This document shows, in pieces, positions 53,301 through 64,000 of a stretch of 64,000 bases of DNA. The position numbers and the translations under genes were made by a program. The stretch lies in the NCBI GenBank assembly GCA_002633005.1, contig NMRA01000031.1, positions 1,504,858-1,568,857 of the forward strand, read 5' to 3'. Under the pieces are notes generated by a model. The model made no database searches. It had not been told where the DNA came from and saw only the letters and a list, made by a program, of their open reading frames with translations. Each line of letters starts with the position of its first letter. The first letter of the stretch is position 1. This DNA is from Phoronis australis. Lineage: Eukaryota; Animalia; Phoronida.

Positions 53301-56300
53301 ATTGTATCAATCTGAAGACACTTTCATACTTTCACTAATGTAAAGAGTTTATATCTTTGGTGTTGACCATAGTGCAATTGATATATTGATATCACTTTGT
53401 GTTTACAGGGGGCGCAAGGTGTCGGTGTCGTTCGTAGTGAATGATTCTTCGTCGGTGACAGTGACCGATGGCGAGGTTAGTGTGTGGTGTTCAACTGTGG
53501 TACTTAGATTTGTACTAAGTCCTGTCAATGTTGCAAATGACATGTAGGGAAAGAAATCACTTCAGATGCTTCAATATAAAAGTTGTCATAGTCACTAGTG
53601 CGCTTACGAGACATTGATCTGACATAAACACTCCGCAATCATCAAGCAGCTAACACGCGGCAGCGTACATGTAGGTTCAAGGAGTAGTCCACGATATACA
53701 GCTTACTTTAGATAATCCTTGATGTTCCAGGGGAATCCAGCCGTAGTGAAAATGTGCGAAGAGCTCGACACTGAAACGAGCAATGTTCGACAATCAAAAG
53801 AAAGTACTACTCCTCCGTCAGACCCTCTGAAGTACGTAAGTTTGTCGGCTGGTATGGACAAGCACCTTGTTTCGGAGACAAAGGCGGGGTTATCTGTTTA
53901 GTGAACACACAGCCAGAGCTGTATATGATAAATTGTCCGAGCTAACGCTCCGATGCATAACCTTTGGGGCCAATTATTGATGATTTAATTGAGTAAAAAG
54001 ACATAAAATTGGCAACGAAAGAAACAATGGCATAGCGACTCATTTAAATACAAATTCGAAATTAAAGAATTTGAAAATGTTTGTTTCATCTTGGCTCAAC
54101 CTGTGATAAAACTTTTCCTCCTTTTAACAGTCTTATAAGTATTTGGAAGTTTCACTGTCATCTTTTCTTCAAACGATTTTTATGTGATTTACTGCCGTCA
54201 TTACGATAATTTTTCACTAATAAGGCTCAGACCACACCGTTTTAAATGGCATACGCTGTGAAATGCAGACTAAATTGCATCAGTCAAAGTTGTTCTCTGC
54301 CACTGAAACAGAAGCCAATCTTTTCACCAGGCAGTTTTAACGTTTCTTCGTAAAGATTTTGAATTTTCGGTGATGTCAAAGCATATTTCCTTTAGCTTCA
54401 CATTTGTAAAGAAAAATTATCTACTCCTCGCATCTTGTTCAATTTTCTCCCACAAAGCAAAACACACCCTTTTTGGTATGGCAAAACATCGAAGTATCAC
54501 ATTCCATTTCTAAAGAAAATGTGACCTTTAACCTTTGATGTGTACTACACAAAGGTTATTATACATAATAGAAATGTTAACGGGGTTATTCTTAGAGCGC
54601 ATGTGTGAATAAATATCATTAAAGACAGAGAATTGAACACTGTATTGGGATTAAAGAGTTTACATCAAAAGTACTGAAACTCATGATTTTTTCAGATTTC
54701 TTGCTACTTCCTGTAAAGAACTAAGATAGCAGTTATAAGAAGTCTACTCAACACGAACTATTTTTACGAGTTTTCGCGTTCCATACCCCTTAAAGTACTC
54801 ACGCACATGTAGCGAACGTTCTAGAAGCAGGATTGTCTGAGCAGAAGTAGGAAAAATGCAACTTTTAATCTGAACATTTCCAAATCATTGGTTACAATTT
54901 TAGAACTTGAGCTAATCAAATCTCGTCACAGAGGTAGCTACGCCCAAGCACACTGAGTAAATTGCAAATATACATTTTTACCTGGCACAACTCGAGTTAG
55001 AGTAAATTCATTAATTAATAACTAAAAATCCTTCTTTCGCTTCGGGTAGCAATTGACAGAAACATAAATAAATTTGCAAGCTATTCTGTTACAATCTTTA
55101 CTGAACGGAAATTCATAGTCGCCTGTTAAAAACAGTCCAACGAGCACGACCACTTTTCGCAAATTATACTCTGATTTTTCGTTTTAATCATTATAAGATT
55201 AATATCTGATACATCTTTAGGGGAAAGTTATCCTCGTTATGAAAAATTGGTACCGTTAGTTTCCGCAATTCACGTATTTGTTCTTGGGCCGACATTTCGA
55301 GTAAAATTTGAAATTGCCTACAATATGAAACTGGTATCCACAGATTTTCTGTGTATTGTTATACCAGAAATCTCACTAATATTGAAGAAACTGACATGTC
55401 TATTTCCAATAACAACCGTGCAATCACTAATTTGGCCGGAATGACACTGGTGAATAGTTGGTTTTCCCACACCTCAAAACGCTTTAAACTAGGAAATATT
55501 TAATAACTTATTGATTAAGATGTGCAACAGACTTGCAACTGAGGAAAAAATATTTGACCCACATCGCAGTATACACATTCCGTTTACAGGCCCCAATTTT
55601 CAAATAAAATCCTGGCATACATGTATGTCTGGGGTACAAGAAAATACAAATTATATCCATTTTTCGAATATAAGCCCAGGAGGTCCCAATCGAATTTCGA
55701 TACAGACCATTATGTAAAGCAATACAATATTAAAAGGATATGACACAACGTTATGTTCACAGAATACGCAAGCAGTCTATACTGATGCCCTTCGCAAAAA
55801 CGGAAGCCACCTGGACGTCAATGTTTCAAAGCGTCGGCAAGGCAAGTTTCAAATTCCTGTCAACATCGCAATGCATGGTTTTGATGTCACTGAATATATA
55901 AGTTCCAGCCAATTAGTCAGGCTCATTATGTCTAAATTTTTAAATTCGTTGGAACTTTTTGGGGAAAGTGGAAACTATACATTTTTGGAAACCTGATGAA
56001 ATAACGAATCAGAAAATAATTTGACTCCATTTTTGCAGACCATCTTGGCTGCCATCTTGGATATTCAAAAATGGCGCCGGTAAAATAGATTTTGCCGATA
56101 TTCCCGCCTTGGGTCGCTGAGAATGTTAGTTTGTATGGCTACACCTACATTTCTGAGGTTGTAAAAAAGACCAGAAAGGCCGAGAGCACAAAGCAAGCTC
56201 GCCACAATTTCCTTAAATTGTTGACAATTACCGAAATACTGGAAACATTCAGAAAATGGGAGGCCAATGTCATGTCCAATTATCATAATTGAATCGAAAC

Positions 56301-59300
56301 CATCCTGCTATCTTTGGCAGCATCTCGAAATGCTGATTTGACTTTGCATCTCCAGGGTGCTGGTGCAATGAGCAAGATCTTCTTAATGGCAAGACCTAAG
56401 AGCCAAGCACCCCTACAACTGGACTGAATTTGGAACAGGCAACTTATCAGTCACCAAAACTGAAATCCCTTTTCTGTACAGAATACACTTTTGACACAAC
56501 ACCTAAACAGGATGATGAAGATCAATTCTGGACTGACCCGTATTTCCAACAATGCCAAAGCCTGGCAAAGATTCTTCTCCAGAACTGTCCTGTCTGTCCA
56601 GAGATTTCAAGCGTCAGTTCAGCATTGAAACAGGTATCAAGCAAGAGCACCCTGACCTATGGGATCAAAAGGGATCAAGATGCTATGGACAAGACTAAAA
56701 GTCCCATGGTAATCCAGCTACAGTGCAGGGGGATCAGCTGCACGGCGTAATCCCACATGCCTATGTCCCACAAGAGCATGAGCCATAGATCTTGTATGCT
56801 GATGACACGGTCAGGCACTGTGCGAAGATTATGTCACTAAGAGACTCACCCTTTTGTGCACTCAATGAAAACCAATCACTTGTTAACGCTCTCAATTCTT
56901 GTAATAATATCCCTACTAGAGTTACATTATTATTGAATGGTAGTCCTAACCTGGACCTCGTTCTAAAAAATTCCTTGAATGACTTGTGTGGCAGGCTGCT
57001 GGTACTTGTCAAGACAAATAGACTATGAATTCACCCTAACACCAAAAATATTCTTTGGTGCCAGTGGGGCAATGCTGCCATGCACAGACAAGTCGAAGCT
57101 AATCCACCTTCTGCAGAATCTTTCAGAAGCAGACGTCTAAGAGCAGGACAGTCATGAAGCTCCAAGATAGCTTTTACGTCCAGAAAACATGTAAACGACA
57201 TCCACTGAGTGTGTTCACCCAAGCCACAAATTGTACATGTTGATAGCATGGAAGTGGTGTTCTTAACTAGAGATTATGACTAGGTTGTTCTGGTTTTTGA
57301 CACCACAAAGACAATTCTTTGAAGCAAGCCACAAGTCAAAAAGAAGGCAAAGAAAAGTCCAGTACAGTATCAGGTAAGAGCTGAGACAAACATCCAGAAT
57401 ATCTCAATGTTCCGTCTCCTCTCTCATGATCAAAGACTTAACACGTGCCTGCAAAGTCAATGGAATACAACAAAGACTCTGGCTAGATAGTAATCACTTC
57501 TGTTTCAGGATGTACAAGGAGCACCAGATGTCATCTACGCTTAGACAAAAACGATCAGAAAGAAGCAGATACATTGCTAATACGTCATGCAGTCCTGGCA
57601 TCACATCTAAGCGTCCCTGATTTTCAGCTGATGTTTTTTCACATGGCACAGATGTGCTGGTACTCGTCATTGCCTATTATGACAGGTTGCTCAGAAGTAG
57701 TACAGTATCCATGGCATCTTGGATTGTGCACGTGAATCCAAAATTTACAACATTAGGTGCTGCCCGGGCAAAGGCCCATCCGGCTTTCCATGCTTTTACA
57801 AGGGCACACTGGTCTATTCTATGCGTTTAATACGTTGAATATGTATTTGAAGGCGGACAGTGATGTTGTCAATGCACTGTTTACTCTTTATACTGTTTCT
57901 GATGCAACAGGTGAACCTCTGTTCACATTAGCTCCTTTTACATGTGTTGCATACTCACCACAGGGTACCTTTTCTGAAAACATTCAACTGACAGCGACAA
58001 ACTTTCACCAACCATTGGTGCTTTGAAACAGCATGTGCTGAGGGTGTTTATTCAGGTCAGAGTGTGGGGCCAGGCAGCCATTGCTCGACAGGAGCTCCAT
58101 GACCCATTGCACAATGAATTTGCATGGACAAAGATGACCTGATGGAACCCTTGCAACTGAGGAGCTTCCAGCGCCAGAGGCTATCATTGGGATGGTTAGG
58201 TGCCAGTACTGCCGATCGCAGACATATGTCAGTGTAGTGCAGAATGTTAGAACGGTAAGGACTCTTACGACAATGAGATTCCTGGTGACAGTGACGTCGA
58301 TAGCATTGATATGCTGATTCATTTCAAAGTTTTGAAAGACTATTGACAGTACAATAAACATACTCCCATGTTCTGCTACCGTAAATAAGATACTGGTTCG
58401 GTTTCATTGTGTTGAGGGAAACAAATCCGAACAAAATATGCAAGAAAACAAGATAGTGACCATATCTGTTGGAATAGATGAAGAGAGTGTTTGCAAAATG
58501 TGGCTGCTGATAAGTAGGATTTAATCACATTTAAGAAATTGTATTTTCATATTTCTTGACCACAAAAATGTTAGTGCAGTCGTTAAAACTAACATTCAAA
58601 GTAACCAAAGAGCAGAGATACTGAGCAAAATGTATTTTACGGGTGCCATTTTTGGAATTCTAAGATGGCCGCCAAGATGGCCTCCAATAAAATTAAAATT
58701 TACAATTTCTTGACCTCGGAAATGCAGATTTAGCCATAAAAACTAACATTCTAGGTGACCCAAGACCGGAGATATTGGGCAAAATCTATTTTACCGGCGC
58801 CATTTTTGAAAATCAAAGATGGCCGCTAAGATGGCCGCCAAAAATGGAATTAATTATTTTCTGATTTTTTGTTCCACGAGGTTTCCAAAATGCATAGTTT
58901 CTACTTTCCCCAAAAAATCGAACAAAACTACACGACAAACTTGACTAAATCAGGTTTCTGAAAAATATTAACGCTGTGGTCATTCACCATCTTGGCCCAT
59001 CAACAGCTCGTTGCTAACGAAAGTCGAAATGTATTCTTCGATGACCATAGGCCACTTCCTGAAAATAAACAAGGAAAAGTGGTTGTGCAATATTAAAACA
59101 TATGTTAGACCACACAATCAGTTAAAAATATCCCCGAGATATAAGTCAGAACAAACACACCGAACTGAATGCGATAAATCTACCTTCCTAACGTGTGCCA
59201 CGTATTATATTTTCTTTGCTAACATATGAAGTGAATGGGGCTATTCGGAGAATGCTTCCCGCGGTCTCGCTGCTGTACTAGTGGTGATTGAATTGCGCAT

Positions 59301-62300
59301 GCGTCGCTGTCTGCATGTAAATAGCTGGTAAACAGACGGATTGTTATCAATATACGTCGTCGCGCATAAGCCTTATTATTGCTATTTTCCCTGGTGCAAG
59401 TCTTCGACAGGTGGTCATAAATTATCACAAAAACCCAAGGTTACTACATTCGTAGAGAATTGCGGTCAAAAGGGTCAACCAACTGACAAAAAGTGTGTGG
59501 ATACCGAAGCCTCATTGGGAGACTACATAACGTTACTTGGTAAGTTTTTAGCAATCAAGTTTCTATCGACATCGTTCGGTGATGTTATCCCCACCAGTTA
59601 CCCCACAGAGTAACGGGTTTATTGAATGGAACTTAGTGTTTCTTTTCGAAAATTCACCCGGGACTCGAATGCCGGGTAGGCTAGCAGCACATATTTATTC
59701 ACATATTGTCCTCCAGGGTTGAGAATGCGCCCAATATATGAGGTGTATGGTACATGACGCTCAGAAGTCAAGGGTGACTTTTTCACAGCAATTTCTCTTC
59801 AAAGCTATACTATGTCCAATAAAATTCTCTAGATGAGTGAGTTTCCTAATTTTATAACGGACCCCACCCCCAGGACTACCAGATTAGTTACCGAAATAAA
59901 ATGAATAAGCTATACAATAAACGTCTTAACATTGCATTGGAATAAAAATTGACAGACACCTAAAATGAATTTTACTTGTTGAGGTCAGAAACACATTTTA
60001 GGTGTCGTGAAAAATACACATTGTTAAATCACTTTTAGCCTGTTTAACATATTTTAGTTCAGATCTTAAATAAGACTTGGGTACAAAGATAATTAGTTTC
60101 TACATATAAACATGAAGATGAAGCGTCAAGACTATGTTCTGCCTTACAAAAGTAGTTTTGTCTTGTGTTTTTTATAATTTGCTAATATTTCTCTGACTAT
60201 TCTGTTACAGGTGAGAGAAAACGACTGAAACCAGCCACCTGACCGTCTATTTTACCTTTGGACAAAGTGAAAAGTAATCCTTCAGCAATAACCTGAGAGA
60301 ATTGATCCTAATTCAGAAATTCAGGCCATGATATGCCTGATTATGGACTCCGTTGCATGGAAAAATTACAATTGTTTTTAATTATGTCGTTTCTTTGTAT
60401 TTATGTGGTTGTACAGTTTGCCATTTTGCTTTTTAAATAAACTGATAATTATTTATTCTCGAATCTTGCACATTCTTATCCAGCTAGCTTCAATTGAAAA
60501 CATACTTTTCTTGCATGTGGAACTTTTGTTGTGGACAAGTTAACAAAAAACTTAAAATTGTTCAAAAGCCTTCTTAAGAAAGCTCTAAAAATAATTACAC
60601 ACACAGACAAATCAAATGCAAACAAAGGGAATACTTCATTTTGATCGCTGCAAATTTCTAGTTTTCAACCGGAAAATGACCAATTCGCAAGCGTAATCGC
60701 TAAGCATTTCAGCTTTCTAAAGAATATGCACAACTGCGCTGTATGAGACTTTAAAACTGAGGAAATATTGTGGTTTCAATAATTAGTGACAAACTTGCCT
60801 GTTGATGAAAAATTTATTCGATCATCAAATTGTAACATTAACGGTCTTTTTACTGACAATAAGACAATCTATGCTGTCACTGAATGTCATTTCCCCATAA
60901 TGTGTACCAAATTGAAACGTTTTTACCATTAGTATAAAGCCTGTCTTCTGAAAGGAAAAGTTAATGTCACTCAGTGAGAAAGGACAGGTGTTTATACCAG
61001 ATGCTTTTGGTTTTTATTTCACAGGGATCTAGTTTCAATGGCCTATAGAAGCGCTTGTAAAAAATGTCCAGTTTCGGCACGTGGCTTTCCTTCATGTAAT
61101 CTCATTCAACCTCATTAACATCCACAATTAGATCCTTGAAGGTAAACACAACAGCCTATCACTTGACTCATTTTGTGCCCAAATATGACCCTGAACTAGA
61201 CCAGAGTTTCACTAGGTCTTCTTTATCTTCAATCCCTCATGTTTCTTCCAGGAAAGGAAATAGGCTATTGTCCACACATGACTTAGCTGTCAGATATAGT
61301 TCCTCTTCATACACAAACAATCTACTGGTACGTTGTCTTGCGGTAACTTCGTACTGCGATTCACATTTCACCGGGGCCACTGACTTGTACATTGTGTCAT
61401 GCAGCACTGCTGGTGTGTGGAAATGCTGTCGGAAGCGAAAGGAGTAACAAATCTTGTTCGTTGTCTCCGATGTAGAAAGTAGGCTTTGACAACAGATCTG
61501 CACTGGATGGGAAGATATTTCTGGTTAGTTGCAGCCAACTGCTTAAAACTAATTTTTATCCATTCAGGGTCGATGCAGAAGCGAAGCATATCTCCTTTTA
61601 CACGGTACAAGCCCTCAAACCTAAAACCAAAGGTCAGGTGAAAACAGACATGACAAATTTCCATTTCAACGTCTAATAGATTTCCGGAATGCATAGGATA
61701 GGGAGTAAACAGATACTCTAATGGATATTTGTCACGAACCCTTTGCCATGGCATTTGGCTTGGATTGCAATCTTTAACTTACTAACCAATATCGAGTTAA
61801 ACATTCAGCATTCATTGATGTAACTGTCACTGATAAACCTGAAAGAAATCATTCCAAACAATAATACTGCTTTGATGTGCTACGTCAAGTATCGTAACAC
61901 ACATCACAACAAACAAAGATTAACCCGACTGGCGACTGCCGCGAAGTCGACATCGGCGAGTACCTCAGTTAACAGGCATTAGTAGAATAAACATGGAATA
62001 ATCCTTTATCATAAACCTTACCTTTGCATAAGGTCGTGCTTACTTCTTCTCGTAGAAGCACCCTTTTCACGCAATCTCAGATTCAGTTGGCACGGCTACA
62101 AGCCATTTCACCATGTATTTAAAGGGCTCGCGAAATCGAGGCTGTTAATCTATCACCACTAGTACAAGCGCGCCCTCTAGTTAATGCAAATTTTCCGAAT
62201 AGCCCCAATAGGCAAGCATTCAAATATGTGGAATATATGTGAGTGACAGCACATCTGACTTATGGAAACGTATTTCTTCGACAAGACTCATCATGCATTC

Positions 62301-63143
62301 TAATTCCCAAACGACCAATAGCCACCAACAAATTTTTACGCTATCTAATCACTTGAAGACGGTCTACTTAATCGTCAGTTATTCTACGGAACAGCTGACT
62401 TGCGTACCCAATTACATACATGTCATCGGACTTCGAGTGTCAACGGCTGTGACTGTTTTGTTTTACCTTTTATCTGATTGAAGATGAGTTGATGGATGGG
62501 TTAGTGATATATGAATACACGTAGACTCCAAAGACTTCAGTCGTGAATATTCCGTTGCGTGCAAAAATCAGTAGTTGTAAGGCGACAGGCCATTCTTGAT
62601 TGCATGGTTCCATGCCGGCAGCAGCTGAATGAGATATCATCGGGATCATACGGAAAAGTGTTTTGTAGTACAAACATGCAAGCACGAGCTCCGACAAATT
62701 TGCGTTTTGCTTCTCAGACTTCACAGCGGTAACTAGTGGGAGTGTCATGACTGCGTGTGTCGTAACTACATGTATTCATCCTTATGCCAAATAACACAGT
62801 CAATCCATTCATTCCAATCTGTGTAGAATTTGGCACTTAATCTATTGACGTTTGGAAAATAGTTAATACTAGGGAAATTTGTCAAACCACAGCTGTCCAA
62901 AATTGCTTGCATTGTGTTTCTTATGTATGAAGAAAATAACTTTGATTTTAGCTGAACTCTCTCTCTCTGACCGTAGACCATGCATTTTTTGTTCTCCAAA
63001 CCATGACAAACAAAACCGTTTCTAATTTAAGGATGACGACATCCACTCTCACTTGAGGCATGATAAGGTCGCGCTGTTTCTGATTTACATGAACGTCGTC
63101 AGTGTAGCTGTGTGTATCATCGCGACCCTTGTCCCTATGGAAG
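50331..63143 (+). CDS. Multi-pass membrane protein paralog 3, 3'-partial: join(50331..50386,53409..53475,53731..53831,55763..55841,63032..>63143)
   Basis: Phase-consistent open chain (2,0,2,0,1): MNACQPTK...RSKGRKVSVSF...PLKIRKQSILMPFAKTEATWTSMFQSVGK|DDDIHSHLRHDKVALFLIYMNVVSVAVCIIATLVPME. The HDK+TM exon ends in phase 1 like paralogs 1 and 2, and SIL....TExTxTS also occurs in paralog 1 exon 966-1052. The terminal exon is expected beyond the window. Confidence 0.6.
55914..58947 (+). mobile_element. Academ DNA transposon, internally deleted and decayed
   Basis: AAT|TAGTC...GACTA|AAT (TAG..CTA termini, 3-bp TSD) with ~180-bp imperfect TIRs. Remnants ETILLSLAASRNADLTLHL, VDSMEVV, TDVLVLVI...LGAARAKAHPAFHAFT, ALKQHVLRVFIQVRVW and PAPEAIIGMVRCQYC resemble Academ transposase motifs. 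Confidence 0.8.
59237..62206 (+). mobile_element. ISL2EU-like transposon relic with convergent THAP (+) and SAP/YqaJ nuclease (-) genes
   Basis: TIR GGGGCTATTCGGA.AAT / ATTTTCCGAATAGCCCC. + strand YCYFPWCKS (~59365) and spliced GERKRLKPAT*PSIL (60211). - strand GASTRRSKHDLMQR|gtaag (SAP-like, ~62025-62065), PAVLHDTMYKSVA...RLFVYEEELYL and VVFTFKD...PKLDIFYKRF (YqaJ/lambda-exonuclease-like, ~61030-61420). Confidence 0.7.
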
Positions 63144-63389
63144 GTGAGTGTTGCAAATGAAGTCGGGTTTTTGCAGTGACCCGCCAAATTAAAGTTTGAA
63201 AAACGACGCTAGGTGTCGCGTGCAACGAATGACCAACAAATAAATTGATACAAAAACAACCGACGAAGCTGCCATTCACGAGTTTACTACTTTAAATGTG
63301 CGAATACCGTAATATTGTAAGATTCTAAATCATTTTGTCTCGATGTTACCAACATGATGGAACATGGTGAAATTGTCGGAGTGGGGGGG

Positions 63390-63477
63390 TTATTTATTTA
63401 TTTATTTATTTATTATTGTGATATTTAAAATGAGCGTGGCCTCTTCAGTGATAGCACTGCTTTCCAAGAGGGCCTGA
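63390..63477 (-). mobile_element. Probable LINE/SINE 3' tail remnant
   Basis: On -: stem-loop GGCCCTCTT...CAGT(gctatc)ACTG AAGAGGCC followed by an (AATA)n tail. Confidence 0.4.
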
Positions 63478-64000
63478 CGCTCCGGACGACTTTACGATGA
63501 GTTATTACCTGCATCTGGGTAATGATACCCTTTGAGATTTAAAGTTTGACGTAGACAGAACGGCTGTCGTGGCTAATTTAAGTTTGTTGCAGTTTACCTC
63601 TAAAGGTATCTAATCTCGACAAAAGGTTTGGACATAACGGCTGATGTACTACACTACGTTCCGCTGCAAAAAGTTTACCAAATGCCCGCAAATGTCAGTA
63701 TATGATAAAGGATCCCGAAAACATATAAAGCACATCTTGAAACACGTTTTAAGCAGTGCAGCTCATCCTATGGGATGTGATATAACCCATATCAGACAAG
63801 TTCATTTTGGCGATCCTCCACACAGACGATAAAATCGTTCGCTGGTGACAAAGTCCTTTGTTTTAAATGAACTCTTTTAAAATTCTGCTGGACCCCAGGA
63901 TAGACTTTAGACCCACTCGCAGCAGACATTTAGTTCACTGAAAAGGGGTGTCGCGAAACCGCAAACCTAAGATGCCAAGATCTAGAAACAGCAACTCTAA

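Overview
AT-rich, repeat-dense eukaryotic DNA, most consistent with an invertebrate animal; the taxon cannot be fixed from the sequence, and there are single-N assembly joins at 8683 and 42530. Manual splicing gives three tandem, + strand, highly diverged paralogs of one multi-pass membrane-protein family (PANTHER PTHR33802 / si:ch211-161h7.5-like by recalled motifs). All three share a phase-0/phase-1 first-TM exon. Gene 1 is open at the 5' end, gene 2 appears complete, and gene 3 runs off the 3' end. A divergent protein kinase gene or pseudogene lies on the - strand between genes 1 and 2. Introns and spacers hold decayed DNA transposons: ISL2EU-like (THAP + YqaJ), Kolobok-like (THAP + a P2X7-ballast-like Cys-rich ORF), Academ, MULE, a Helitron/Helentron-type tandem, several MITEs and a 32-bp minisatellite. 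A TSD-flanked palindromic Penelope-like remnant carries two variant hammerhead ribozymes. All family assignments come from by-eye motif recognition, not searches. I found no prokaryotic-type systems (CRISPR, operons) and no clearly novel intact system. The best leads are the ballast-like transposon ORF, the diverged membrane-protein cluster, the hammerhead palindrome and the atypical kinase.
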